Part shown: piece by piece, positions 22,741 to 37,200 of the stretch | Layout: every line of letters begins with the position of its first letter | Position numbering within the stretch: position 1 is the first letter of the stretch | From: Callorhinchus milii | Lineage: Eukaryota | Direction: 5' to 3' | DNA: 54,971 bases | NCBI RefSeq assembly: GCF_018977255.1 | Contig: NW_024705313.1 | Location: 1-54,971 of the forward strand | The notes under the pieces: generated by a model | Seen by the model: the letters and a program-made list of their open reading frames with translations, nothing else | Told to the model about the DNA's origin: nothing | Database searches by the model: none | Made by a program: the position numbers and the translations under genes

Positions 22741-24659
22741 TTGATAACAGAGTTGGAAGTTAACTTGTATAGCTTTGGGGAAATAAGGTAGAATTCGTCA
22801 ACGTTGTGTACTGGATATATAGTAAATGATGCATCCACAATGCCCATAGCTATGGCTGTAGACCACATGCCCTTATGTATCCTTTTCTCTTTGGGTTCTC
22901 ACCTTTTTAATCAAATAAACTTGACTTGACCGACACCTGGGATCAGAGTTGCATTTCATATAATTTATTCCCATGGCACGTGGACATTTTAAGCAACCAC
23001 ATACTTGCACAGCTTGCATCATATTACACTCTCCCAATTAGACGCTTCACATTGTCCCATAGCCTTTTGTACCTTGTTTACTAGAGTACGTTTTTCACAT
23101 TGAATAGGATGTGCCTAAAAACGAGAATTTCGCCGCAGAGGAATGAAGGAAAAGCCATTAACAAAAAATGTTTCGATGGACCGAGCTGTGAATAGTTTTT
23201 TTGCATGACCATCGTTGCCCATGCTGAGTGACAAACGAGAAAAGATGTGTGCTCCTTCCAGCTACCCCTGGCTGCCCAGGCAACCCTGGAGAGCCCGTAA
23301 TTATTTCTTTGTGTGGGTTAATCATCTGCTAGCCGAAATAGAATGGATACGCAAATGCTCAGAGCCTCTGACATTAGTTTTAAATAATACATTTTAAATA
23401 ACATTTTAAACTAATGTATTTAAACTGCACATTTCCGACTATTCACATATATACATATAAAATACTAAAGTGATGTTAGCAGAATGTGTTTTTGGAATAT
23501 GAGGAACTCTGAGCCAGTGCGAGATTGTGAGTTTATGGAAGCTCTTAAACTTCTAACAAGACGCAACAATCTTAATTTTAAACATCGTTCTAGACTTAAG
23601 TTCGTCTTTAAATATATCATTATCTTTTTAAATTATGTTGTTGAAGAATTCTCAGCAGCAGCATGTTGGGATAAAGGTCTTCATTCTCAAATGTACGGAT
23701 TTAATTAAATTTAAATCTGAAAAGAACACCAAGCAAAAATCTCGTTATGTTGTCAAACCTATATTCACAATTGGTCTGGAGGCAATCATCTAAAGGGCAA
23801 TATTCTAACTTCTAAATGATCCTGCAAACCATTCTCAGGGGGAGCCCCAATTAGAGCTAATCCTAGCAAGAGCTGGACTGCAATTATAATTGCAGATCAA
23901 TGTTTATGAAGATATGTTTCACATGTGTACTGTTTGCCAGCACGGCAGTGATGCTATTACTCATGTTCATGGATTAAACTATTAAGAGATGTGCTGATGT
24001 GTTTTCTATCTCGTCGAAGCTACCTAGTTTCCTCTTTGTGTTCACATTTTCCCTTTGAATGCCGAGTTAATTATTTTTTATAGGTCATCTCCACCCATTT
24101 TTTTTTATTATATCCGATGTTACTTCTGTAGGTGTAATTAACAAGTTGTCACTGACTAAAATCTGCATATTGAATGCAAATATTTTACTCTATATTTAAC
24201 ATTTGAACTGGCATTCTAAAAACCTCATTACTTGGGGTTAAATTGACTCAAATTGGCTGTATTAGTTAACACAGTAGCAGTCATGCCACCAGCAATTGGA
24301 GGCATTGTAAATTAAATATTTAATGTAAAAAGGCCGCATGAGATTTCTTGAGTGGCCATTTGAAGCAAAGACAAAGTAAAGCCAGTCAACTCACAGAGGG
24401 GCCAATGCCTGCCTGCAGTTAGCTTCCTCTTTTTAAAATGGTATTGTAAAATAACATTTCACGCATTTTGCAAGAATGCACATATATTTGTTTGATAAAT
24501 GTCTCAAATGTGCTCAGGGATATTTTTTGTTTCTTTTCATTTTTTAATGTACAGCTGCAGGGTGGCCATTAGAGAGACATCAGAAAACTTCAGCGTGTTG
24601 GGTAGCTCAAAAGCAGACATTTCATTGTGTCAAGACAGAGAGTTGTGATTTCAAATTTT

Positions 24660-24870
24660 ATGGTTCTTTCGTGAAGTCACGTAGATAGAAAAAATAATAA
24701 CAATAAAATAATAAAAATTAAATAAAGTGAATAAAAAATAATAAAAATATCACAACATTTCGATCGCAACAAACGGTCGTCATCAGGAACAGGGAGGTTA
24801 GCCTCTGAGGACAAGCTGTTTATAAAGTTTAGAGATGGGCGGGGCAGCTAATGTTAATGTCGGAGAGGGC
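24660..24870 (-). mobile_element. Penelope P1 terminal repeat with a decayed hammerhead (24755-24786)
   Basis: ggttctttcgtgaagtcacgtagatag..tttcgatcgcaac..cgtcatcagg..gttagcctct..gtttataaagtttagagatgggc, the same as 5240-5380. Confidence 0.75.
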
Positions 24871-25796
24871 TGCGACGCTGATTTCAAGTCAAAGATAGCA
24901 CAACAGTGCCATCTTCACAAATTAAATTTTGTAAAGAGGTATCATTCGTGCAATTGCAACACCTATGTCTGCATTGAAGCCAGCAATGTGTAAATTCAAG
25001 TACTGTAATACTGTAGTCGTCTCTAATGAAATGTTAAGAATGAGTACATTTAAAAGAAAACAAGTGGACGTGCATTTAAACAGGTTTTTTTTCGCTCCAC
25101 TAAAGGGTGTTCTTATTAGGGGTGTGAGAAATGCCCCCCCCCTCCCGCCGTTCTGTGATTCAGGAGCACAATTGATATGAGAATTAATTTAGTTTTTCAA
25201 CATTGCAGTGAATGCGTTCCACTCTCGTGTAAATACGGAGGGTGTGAGGTGTCCTTTGGGACAAGAGAAGACTGATCAAATCAGCTGATTTTTGTGATAC
25301 CGCGTAGCTAGCTGTGTTATTCTTTCAGTCAGGCTTACAGGAAGAGTAAGCGGAATAAAAAGGGTGTGAGTACAACTATCGCGAGTGCTTGGTTGAGTTA
25401 ATGCTGACAAAATCACGAGGTCACTGGTGAATTGCATCGCCATCCTCATGCTAATGAATTTTCCAACGAACACTTAAAATCTGTTCTCGTGCTGCATACG
25501 CTGTCACGTTTGATATTTCATTCCCTGCTTCTGATAAGGTCACAAAATATGTCTCCGAGGCATGACAGCACTTGTGCACACATGGTGGTGATATTCATTG
25601 GCATTTTGGTAACTGGAATTATTCAATTTTCTTATATTGGCTGGTGTATGTTTATGACATCCTTGTAACGTAATTGGGCCTCGAAATTCCAATTATTCTC
25701 CTTTTTGTCACGATGCTCATCGAAAAATAAAAACATTGCTCCTCTTTTATACTAACAAAAATATCCTTTCTGTAAAAATGTTTACGTGCATTGGTA

Positions 25797-27157
25797 TTTA
25801 ACACGTAGGCTTTCGCGACCAATATTATTCATAATAAAGGTTTTTGGGTTAGATCGCGTTATTTATAAATGTGTCGCAACCCTCCACCACCCGACACGGC
25901 CAATCAGTAAAAAATGTGTCACGTTGACAAAAGACAAATAGTTCACTACTTTAGCCCACCGGTGTGTTGAAGAGTGAATCCACAACATTTACAATTTTTG
26001 AGTACGACGTTTCGCTGGTAATTACATCCAGCATCATCGGGCAATTTGCCAGAATAGTGAAGCTCTCCACCTGCTTCCGGTCTTAAATAGAGCAGCAGGG
26101 TGACGTCATCATTTAACCCAATCAGGTGCAGAGATCAGAGGTGGAGAGGGGGGGGTATTGTAATTATATAATAGATTAGTAATCAGTTAATTGTTATGAT
26201 TAGTAATCAGTTGTAGATTAGTAATTAGTTGTAATGTGTATTATTTAATAACGGAACCCGATCACTATACCCAATAGGTGCAGAAATCAGAGGTGGCGGA
26301 GGGGGGGGGTATTGTAATTATATTCTACGTTAGAAATCAGTTAATTAGTATGTGTTTCCCCTATAAGGAATTTTAATAATACGCTTCCAGGCCGCACTAA
26401 GCCTGTAGCTGTCAGAGCGATTAAAGTTATTTGTATTTCTCTCAATTTCAATGGATTATCTAATTAGTCTTGGCCAGTAATAATTCGTTTTACACAACAC
26501 TTCAACGTTATCAAAATTATTGAGTATCCTTGTTGACAAGCATGTTCTGCCACTGCCGACAGCTTTGTTTGAGATAATTAAATATTTATTTGGTGTTCTT
26601 TTAGTCTTACGCTGATGTTACGTCCCATCTGTTCAATATAGCATCTGCCACATAAGCAATTAATCCGATATACACCTTCTGTTGATAATTTAGGTAATTC
26701 GTCTTTAGTAGAAGATACTAGTTTTTGAATTTTGTGTACTGTACCAAATCACTTTCAGCAGAGTTGCTTGCAATCGTGATTTGGCATTCAGTGCTCTGTT
26801 AATTTGAGCATTATTGTAGCCATTCTGTCGTCGTGCTTCTTTAACATGTTTACTCTCTCTCACTAGACTTTCACCATCTGACACTGTTTTAGCCCGATGT
26901 ATGAGTGTCTTGATAAGAGAGGATTTCTGAGCTGGGTGATGATGTGAATCTGCATTCAGCAGTCTTATATTCTAAAGTATTAGTTGAATCTCGTTTAATT
27001 TTAATGTAGGTACTTTCCTCTAGTAAATCCTTAATTTTATTATCGTAATCAGCTTGTGACGTCACTATGGTAGTGCGCCTTTATCAGCTGCCAGAATTTG
27101 AATACCTTTATTTAATCGGAGCTCTCTTAAGGCTTCGTTAAAGCTAAATTTATGGGG
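25797..27157 (-). mobile_element. Internally deleted Penelope-like element (family P2): RT N-terminal part, thumb, GIY-YIG endonuclease, 3' terminal repeat with hammerhead (26006-26041)
   Basis: Minus-strand fragments ALRELRLNKGIQILAADKG..DYDNKIKDLLEESTY; HPAQKSSLIKTLIHRA..QNGY; EGVYRINCLCGRCYI..GRNISVRLKEH..SAVAEHA..NNFNRSDSYRLSAAW. The RT palm is missing; stops and frameshifts are present. Confidence 0.85.
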
Positions 27158-28269
27158 TGTATGGGATGACGGTGCATGCATGCCTCGGCCCTCCCGGGCC
27201 GGCACCATACAGTGACATCCCTGATGTCACTACATCACCCCCCCTCTTCATAGCATTCAGCCATCCCGGCTGTCAACTCCCCCCTCTAAACGAACAAATG
27301 ATCGAAATGCAGGAAAAACACAGTGTGCCTCAACAATCACAAGAACGAAAATAAATACCCTAACCCACCTGTACAAAATTACACTATCCACAAATATACA
27401 AACCAACAGGAAGAAGGGTGTAAACCAACGAACCCATATAACAACACCGCATCATTAAGCAATATCAAAAAAACGCGTAAACCCTCGTGATCCCCTCTCC
27501 ATCACACCTCCCACCTTCACCGTGTAACAACGCTCGTGAGCTCAATGGCGGCCAGGATCAGCTAATAACTGCCACGACACAGCGAGTGCGACAAGCAACT
27601 GACAGCGTGGGAGCGTGTGTGCAAGGGAATCACGAAAAACGAGTTTTTGAGCGAGTGCGTGATGCAGGGCCCCAGGGGAGGTGGGCTCGCTCACCCTGGA
27701 GGTCCCGGGGGAATGTGCAAATATTCCACCGAACCCAGCTCCTCACGGAGAGCAGTAGGCCGGGTCGACGAATCCTCCGTGTTCGAAGCCTACAAAGCCG
27801 GCATGCGCGGCCGCGCAGGGGACATCAGTCGGGCAGCACCTGGGAGCGGCACAGAATCGCTTCGCCCGGGACCAACCGCCGTGGGCACACACCCCGGGTC
27901 GCCAGACACACTCGACACTCGGTCCCAGCGATGTGGAGATTAAATGAATTTGTGCGGCGCAATAACCGGTTCCAGGCGAGAAGGATGATCCACACCCCGG
28001 GATCGTCGCGTGCAAGGCTCAGCACCCACATTCCAATGACGTCCCCTTCCGGACGTGCCGGTGACGCATGAGCCAACACCATACCCTCCTGGGTACTGTG
28101 GTATCAAACCCAGCATTAAGAACCTGAATAAAAGGTTCCTGGTCGTTGGACACTAACATATGAGCTAAAATTGCGTACCCCGTAGCACCCAAATCGAGTG
28201 GCTTCCTCAAGCGGAGGGGAACAAACATCTGCGCGCCGGAAGGGATTCCACCAATCGGCGCGTGAGCGC
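27158..28269 (-). mobile_element. Ty3/Gypsy-like LTR retrotransposon remnant (3' end), cut off by the gap
   Basis: Minus-strand GIPSGAQMFVPLRLR..LAH..VQR..SCVT resembles a decayed integrase HHCC region. Polypurine tract gaagaggggggtga (27249-27235) is followed directly by TGTA...TACA (27234-27158). Confidence 0.55.
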
Positions 28270-28299
28270 NNNNNNNNNNNNNNNNNNNNNNNNNNNNNN
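28270..28299. other. Gap of 30 N
   Basis: Run of N. Confidence 0.99.
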
Positions 28300-31200
28300 A
28301 CTAACGAGAACCGCCTATAAGCCAGTCTGCCACTTGTCCGCTCCGAGGTAACTACAAACTATAGCGGAGCAAACCGAGCAACTAGGAATCGCTGCGGACA
28401 CGATCGTAGTCCCTCTAGCGCCGGGATTGGCTCTGATGCAGCCCGCAAGCCAGTCAACATGGCTAGTCTAGATAATTCGACTAAAGATAATGTTCGTCAC
28501 GTACTCCTTGATATGGCCCGATCGTCGTCGATTTGTGTACCCTCCCCAGAGGCAGTCTAAAGTCGCACAGGTGCTTGCTCCAGAAGAACTAAATTAAAAA
28601 AGGATCAAGTGTCTCGTAGCCGATAAATAACCCTGGTTAAACCGTGAGTTAGTGTCGAAAACAAACCACATATCGTTTGGTAACAACGTTTCCGCGGAGC
28701 CCGATCGGGTGAATTATGAGTCACCTCTGCAATGCGCCCCGTCTGAAACTTGCTCAGGACGTAATTGGCCTTTTAAAGGCGAGCCTGGCGTATTCAACAA
28801 GATGCTTGGGACTCCACACCGGGAGTTTAAGTCTATGCCTCTGCTTGCCATATGCTAGTCGAGACCATGGGATAGATGCACCTTTACCCCGGACCGGTTC
28901 GGTCCTCTGTATCTGTTGGTGCATCTGGGGTGGAGGTTGTCACCGTGCATAAAAACACCTTAAGCTGTTCCGTTTTAGCCACCCTCGAACGCGATAGGTT
29001 TTGGGAGCTATGTTTGAAACAGCCTCGCGACGTCATGGATGTTACACAAAGTAATGATTCTGGTACGAGGTCCTGGCACTGGCCTCGCACGGCTGGGCAC
29101 ATACACGACCACATTTCTTACAATCTCCACACATGTTATGCCTGGGCATACCTTGCAGTTGGCAGTGCTGGGCCAAGGACCGTCATTCTCGGGATCAAGT
29201 TAGATGCTGGCCACGTTAGTAGACACAGCGGGTGGTGTCCGCCGTCGTCCTATTTCATAGCGCCTGGGCACGGAAAGCTTACCATCAAAACACAACATCG
29301 GTTCCGCTCTAGTAAAGTTAACTAACGTGCGAAGCCACTGTCCACTAGTCTCTGAAATCCATCAGTTCCAACAGAGGGCCTTCAAAATGAGGGATTAGAG
29401 CGCCTAACTTGAATAGTAGTGGTGGAGTTAGACACCTCTTTAAGAGGCATCTGGATTAGAATCACCCGATAGGCTTCCACTGCTGGAAATTTTCATAATT
29501 GAGAAGGAACGAACGACAGGCTGCAATATGTAGGGGACCTGCGAAAGAAGCAAAATCAAAAGATCAGTGTCTTAGAAGGGTCTTAAAGGTAAGGAAGATA
29601 AAACTGTTTATCGACCGGCTCAGAAAGTACACGTCCTACTCTCATCGGGTGCGGACTTAAGACAAGTGTGGGCCATGCCCGAGATCACCGGGAGTCGAAG
29701 ACGACCGCCACGATAGACTATTTCACAAGAACACCGGGCTTCCCTAGGTTGTTTCGGGTGACTGGTGTTGAACCCCCTACTTCTTCCTATCATGCCAGAT
29801 GTTCTACAACGAAGGGGTTATATTGCTGCTACGACAATCAGCGAACTGTCCGAAGTACCTCAATCCTCGCCGGGGCCTAAAAAGGCGTATGTCAATAGAG
29901 TTACTACCACTAAACGTGCTGTTGGCCGTGTGCGGGGGACGCAAGACAGTAGGCTATGATAAGAACTGGAACTGCGCTTCGCCCCGCTATTGTAGGTTAC
30001 ACGGGCAACTAGACCGGGTATAACGCGCTTATTATTGTACAGGAACGTGAGCTGGTGATTTTAGGCTCCATGAGGGGGGCTTAGTGCGTGCGTGCGGACG
30101 CCGAATCGTCCGCCTTGGTTGACCGCGTGACCGGAACTTGAAGAGGTGGCCATCCGTACAGAATGCCCAACTAGTGCTCTGTAGGCGTGCGACTACTTGG
30201 AACCCACTCTACACTCAGATTACGAGTGGGATTCGCACAGCAGAACGAATGGCTTTTCTAATCCTAGGACTGGTATGCCGCCCACAGCTAGATGTGTCGT
30301 CGAGCGTTCCCTTATATCAGGCGACAGCTGAGACACGGCAATAGCAAGATAAAGAGCTTCTGTGTGAACGACGTAACTAAAACAAGCTTTGGTGCTGGGT
30401 CGCTGGCCCCACCCTACAATTAAGTGCGTTTCCGGACGGGCTCTGATGAAGTCCTAACGCTGGCCTCACGTCCCCACGGCGTAAACTTAACATAGACGCA
30501 CTCACTGGGCTTTGTTTACAATGCGTGAACGCCGTTCAACCAGCTTGGCGCTAAGTTCTTGCCTCGCTACTCTTCGGGGCCGTGTGCTACGGCCTAAATA
30601 GGGCTAGATCTAACGCAGGAAAAACAGCTGACTGACAGTCTATATCTATAAAAGCCGCGGTCGCTGTATAATAGCGGACGCGGTGCCGGTTCGTGATTAT
30701 CTTCAAAACGAGAAATCCGTTCATTCGCTGTAAGCAAGGAAGGTTAACGAGAGGAAGCAGCGTCGACAGCTACACAGTCGGAATGCACTTAATCCGGGTC
30801 GCAAATCCGGGGCATTTTTGTAGGTGACTGGGCCGAGACAAACTATATTAGTTGATGTTGAGAGTCGATCATTTGCAGTTTAGTAGCCTTACCAAGTTGG
30901 TTCCACTTTTGAGGTACGACCTAGGAAGCCTGGACTTTGCTACGGAATATTCTCCTTGGCCTTCCAGAAAGGTCTGCCACCGGAGCTCGGACTCCAGGGC
31001 TTAATCGTTAGGCGATTCACACGTAATGTGGTCATGTACAACCACGTGCGGCTCGCTACAACGGTCCAGTCCCATGCGAGTCTTTCGCCTTCCTGATAGA
31101 CATTGCCATGTGGCCGAACGTGGACCGTCGAACCCCGGGGTTGGATGTCCCCATTTTGGGTAATGCTGTTTAAAGTAAGTTGGTTGTAGCGAGATATGAT

Positions 31201-34200
31201 CAGAGAGCATGCCATCAGAGTTATTCTATACATATCACTACAGAAGGTGAGGCACGAGGTCGACCACTAGTAGATTGTTGAGAAAGAACATACACTTAAA
31301 CTTATTTGTTGAGACACACGTGTTCGGCCTACATCAGTGCCCTGCAAGCACGTGCAGTTCGTCGACCACTCAGACTCTCCAACATCCAACAATCCCCATT
31401 AAAGGCGGAATGCAAGAGCGCGACGGCCTTGCGACCTTGTCCACACTCGCTCGATTCCGGATAGCGAAGTAGCGTGGCCTACAGTATCTACCTCTCTTAC
31501 TGCCCCCGATCGTGGGCTAAACGGACTGCTAAGAATTGTTTGAACGGGATTTTGAAATCTTTGTGCTTGATCAGGTTGAGCTTCACGTCAACGTATTGAA
31601 CTAGCGGTTATTAGGAAGACCCAGCATACCGTGGGTTCGCATTGCTGGAGGGCAAGGGATCCTAAATTCAGAAGCCCACCGCCGATTTTCCGGATGAAGA
31701 GCCACGAACAGGCGCATCTCGGGAGGACAAAGCGTTATGGGTTAGATGTAGTCTACTCACGTAAACGACGAGGCTATATTTATTAGACCAGCTATCACAA
31801 CGTACTAAAGTGGCCTTACTATGTGAATTGAACGACAGTATTGGGCTATAGACTCACGAGCCAAAAAAAGTCATACTGATCGTGTAAGAAATTTCCCGGG
31901 AATTTGACGTGTCGCTTTCTTTCAACTTTATATAGACCTTTATGATGTAGAAGTACGACCTTTACGGCACGATCTATCCGATAGATCCCGGAGGCCGCGA
32001 TTTCCGTGAAGCTCTTCCGTAGTTTCTGTAACAGATAGTACGGGAAAAGCATTGGATCAAAGTTCCCTACTGCAGACTGGCCTAGCGCTGGAGCCCGAAA
32101 TGCCTCAACTTGATCCAATGATGAGGCGATTAAAGGCACTGATCCTAACCAGTAAGAGTGGCTCACCCATAGACATCAAATAATATTTTATAACTCAGAC
32201 TGATCTAAAAGCTCCACTGGATAGGTACAAATAACGCTGGCAACGTGCGGTGATAAAGGACGTATGTAGTTTCCTGTCGGCAACAGAGGAGACTATATGA
32301 AGGCTTACCCTCTGCGAATTCCAGTTCTTTAATGATAGATTTAGCATTGTCGTTACACCTTCGCCCCCCGCATTGATTAATAATTATGACGTAGTACGAC
32401 GCCACCGACGGACCATGGTTACGAAGACTGAACTCTACCGCGATAAATGGAATTTTTGCTGATCTATGCCATTAACAGTAAATGCTACGAAGAAGTCTTT
32501 AGCTTGACCCACACCCACTAAGAGCAAAACGGTTACCGTAGTGTAGTCCAGTAATAAGCAGATATCTGAGAAAATCGGCGGAATTGCGTAACCACATTAC
32601 AAACATGGAATTGCTGATTGTGTGTTGAAGAAGAAGGGAGATATCTCTACAGTTGATCATCGCCCAACTAACAACCATGGGTATAGCCGACAGACAATAG
32701 ATATGTCCAATTAACCATGAGTGGCTGCTCGGACCGGTACGAGGTAGACATAAGGAAATTAGACGCTTAACCACCCGCCTGTGTCCAATAATGATACACC
32801 ACCCGGAGAAGGCTGCTGGCGAGTGAAGTCTAGGTCCATTCATGGCTGGAGTTATACTCTGTCCATAGTGGCAAAAAGCCCTAGGCAACGATCGTAACAT
32901 CGGGCCCTCGGACCGGGAGTCGAAGATCGAGAGCGTTATTTCGTACAGAATATGAAGTAACCTCGCGACACGAGGCGAAAGTCAGTAATGTACCAAGCGA
33001 GGTTGAGTATGTAACTATAGTTCGAACATAGGCGTGTTTGCCAGTACTTAAAAAATCACGAACGAGCCACCGTAGCGACCAGAAAAGGCCCGGCGGGGAT
33101 TCTGGCGCTCATGAAGCTGGTGGTAACACGACCCAGACGCATATCTGTAAGCACGCGAATGGCCAGGACCTCGTCCGAAGCACGATAAGATATGCCATAA
33201 GACCACCGTGATCGCGTCTCTCAACGAGCCCTGCGTTAGCTGTATTAACGAACTTTCCATTCCTAGTTTGGTTGTGCTGCTTAGTGGAAGAATTAATCAA
33301 TGCGGTTCAAGCTCTAACACTGCAGTGGAATAGATTACATAGGGTAAACATTGCCTTGGTTCTGTAACAATTCACGCTATTTCCGAGGAGTATCAGCGTG
33401 CATGTCGATAGTAGCTTCGTCCGTCGCTTCTCCCTATCATTACGCGCAACAACAGTGTACCTGTCATTAGCTTTCGTCGTGACCTCGTACTGCTACGAAA
33501 GCTCAGAGTTGGTGACGACCGTAGAGATAGCAGCAACTGGGAGTCTGTCGGTATATCCCCCGTCGCCTGGCGAAAAACCAACTTGAACACGTGTTTCACA
33601 AAGCCGCATAGATATAAACATTTAGTATGATCGTTGAATCGGGAGACCTACCTGTGTGTAGTCAGCTAGTGGCTCATAAGCAGATTCAAGATGATGGGCT
33701 GATTGACTGTATGAAAACGGTAGTTGCCAGCATAGTTACTGTTCCGCACATCCATAATTCAATAATGATGTAAATCGGTAAACAGATTGTTGCTAAGGGG
33801 CTTTGCAGCACATGACAGAGAATGTAGTGGAAACTTACCATTTCAATTGACTATACGCCATAGCGGTGCTAAATACTTAAGCTGGTTCAATGGCGCATAG
33901 TATAGACACTGGAACCGGTCAGAAACGGGGCGTTGGTGGGTCGCCGATTGCTCATAGGATTTAAAGCCCCGATGGAGCAAGGCTCGATCACTGCACACCA
34001 CGAAGCCCCCTCGGATGTCGCGGAGAACGTCATTAATCTGTATGCTACTCCGCTGGACGGTAGCGTGGTCTATATAAGCCACTTAGACAAAATACATTCT
34101 GCCATGGTTATTAGGTCGGTGCCCAACGTCAACTCGGCTCTCGGTGCACGGTTTACTTCGGTTAGAGCGTTCGACGCCACCGGTGCTTCGATTACAGGCG

Positions 34201-37200
34201 TGTAATTACTATTTGCTGTGAGTACATATGTCTATCAAAGGAGAAAACAAAGGCACACGAATAATGGCCCGAGTAACGTCCTTATGACTATAGAATTCCT
34301 CTCCAATTGAGATCCTTAATTGTTGAACACTTTAGGAAACGGAGGGCTGCTACATACTACATCGCTCTCCTGGCTGGATACCCAATACGCTACATTGGAA
34401 ACGTAAATCCTAGCGTTGATAAGAGGTATTTGAGTCGCCCTAAGCAAACTATGGAAGAGACGTGTGCGTTACTGCGCCCGATTAAGTAGGGAACTGGCGG
34501 AGGAGCGTGAAAAAATTGCGCGCACTTGGTACAGCGCACTGTGCGGGAGACAGTCCGTAGCAGTCCGGTTGGCACACCTCTAATGATTCACAATTTAGGA
34601 AACTCGAAAAATGCTGGCAGACAAGGGGGCGGTATGAAGGTGTTATTTTTTGAGTTGGTGGAATCAGACAACAGATGGCAATCCGATCCTAGACTGATAT
34701 TCGGTCTAGAGCCCATGTGTCGACATAGACGAGGTTCCACGAGGAATACCTCATCACTCGCGATCGTAGACCTGTGGGAGATCTCGATTACGGGGCCGCA
34801 ATCCGCTTACCTACAGAGTAGTCGTCAGACTGTCAGAAGGCGCTGAAACGAGAGCGCTAATTACTCTTCACGTAGCTTTAGGCGGACGATCAGCCGATCG
34901 TGGATACAGAATGAAGGAAATTGGTCGAGCGCGTGTTACCGAGCGGGACGATGTGAGACCGGACTGGCCTTCTCGGTTTAATCCCGGTAACCTAACGAAC
35001 CATACCAGGAGCGGGACTACGCTGTAATCTAAAGGAGGCTGCTAACAAACAGAATTTGGACTATGATTATCGTTGGGGACAAATGCAACCCATGTAGTAC
35101 GGATACTGGAATTTCGTCGCTTTGGCGCGCATCTGCCAGCTCTGTTGAAGATTCGGAATCCCTGTGGAGATGCCAGGGTGAGATCTTGGCGACAGGGGCC
35201 TCAATACAAGAGTTCGAGACAGGACGTCGCGTATAATTGAAAGAACTTAGGGCCCTTTTCCGCGGCTAGGGTGTTTCGATACGTGCACCCGCTCTACGCG
35301 TACCACCCTCATTAACGGAGCGCCAGGACTAGAGCTTTTGACGTATCGTTACCGTAGAGCAGATTCGCTTCTTAAGGCGAAACAAGGGGCAGACTAGACT
35401 TCCCAAAAGCAGGGTGCGCGCCCAGGTCTACTGGCGCCACGAATACCTATTTCGGAGCATTCCACGCGATCATACCAACAATATGGCAAAACTTCTCGTT
35501 GTCAGTCGAGAAGCACTCCAGAGTAAGAGTATACATAAACATAAGGTGACAGCTCATCAGTATCCGCAGGAATCTTATGGTGTAATGGCTCCGGCGTGGA
35601 TCTTGCGAGTACTCGTAGTTTATTGAATCGTCCTGATCTGGAGGACGGTAAAACGCCGGGATTTAGAAGCCGGAGCCTGTCTTTCTTTGCCATCGCTGAA
35701 ATCCTGACCGAGGTGTATCATTATGAATATTACAAATATCCTCAGGCGGCTTTAACAGGGTAAGCCGTAATCACCGCTGGGAGACTTCGCGGACAGAGGC
35801 TCGCAAGCCAGGGGAGAAACCAGAAAAGCTAGTCCCGATGACCAATGCGTTGGTGTGCGAGGGACTCAGACGTGTGTAACAAAGTCTTTGTGTCTGGGCT
35901 CCGATGAGCTACTGAACTGATTCCTTCCGTAAGAGAAGGCAACAACCTTACAAGCGGATATTGAGCGTCCGACTAAGAAAGGACCTGTGAAACTGAATGC
36001 TAAGCAAAATGCACGCCGTCCAGGGGTCAATTACATGTCCAAAGCTCTTTTTGGCATATTTCCCGACCCACCGAACTAGTTGTCATCGTATGGGGAGCGA
36101 TAATGCCATTGACTTGTAACTCTAGTGAGGACCTCGAAAAGCCTTTCCCCTGGTACCCTAAGTTGATCCCATTTTCCTCCGGATTGGAGAGACATCGGTC
36201 GACACGGAGGACCGAATAACCATAGCCAGATAGCCGGATCTGAATCCGCGCTATGTGCCCTTGGGCGAATTTTCGTAGGGAGATCACTAGAAGCGGGAAG
36301 ACCACGTCAAAGAGGTGTCTAATGGTCATTCATACCGGTTTCTTATTGGACCGGTCTATAGATGTGCCCGGAGGTCGTTGTAATCTGCAATTGTTTGACC
36401 GCTCACTAATTATGCGCTAACTGAACCCACTGGTCGAAACTTGCACATAGCGCACCTTGTTCTTAGAATGCATGTGGAATCGTGTTGATCACTGCGTCAG
36501 CATATCCCCAATAACACCGGGCTTTTGGTTTCCTCCCGCGGCTACATATCGCAATTCATTGCCTGGGTGCCAGAGCTATTTAACGGCTCTACACCCAACT
36601 CTTTTAACGCGCAAAGCTCTATCTCGGTTACGTAGGTTATGATCAGGTCCAAATTATAGCTCCCCGGCTTTAAAGCTGATATGTCCTTTGGGTCTTCCGC
36701 CTCCTTTTGCCTTCTTATTAATATCCTCCTGATGTCGAAGTGGTTCTTGAGGTGAGACTGGGCTAGGTTTGTGATGTTGTTATGTCGTGGGCGTCCTGCG
36801 ACCAGTATGGTATATAGATCGGGTGTCCATGACACGGTTCCTCGTGTGCCTGAACCACTCTGTGCAACTATTTAAACCAGGACTCCTTGATGGGAATGTC
36901 CTAATGGGATGTTTTGGGCCCTCCAGTCAGTACCAGAAGTCAAGGACGTACACGGTGGCGCTCAGGGCGGGGCGAAACATGGGTGCATGAGGGAGTTAGT
37001 ACCAGGACCGCCTCGGCGAGGGGTTTAGACGTGTATAGTTTTACTATAATCCTCGGAGGGACCCCGCAGGTCGACGGTCTGAGAGTAGTAATTACCCACC
37101 TCGGCCAGCCAAGGTGACTTAAACGCTATTTTGTGTACCCGCCGTAAATCCTAGCCCGACCGTAAGGTGCATTTTAACGGTCATTGTACGTGTTTCACAA

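Noticed and set aside
27487..28071. 194-aa plus-strand ORF
   Set aside because: Arg/Pro-rich antisense reading of GC-rich retrotransposon remnant sequence with no recognisable domain
29687..32926. 15-bp direct repeat accgggagtcgaaga at 29687 and 32912
   Set aside because: About 0.2 such matches are expected by chance in 19.6 kb, and there is no extension or third copy
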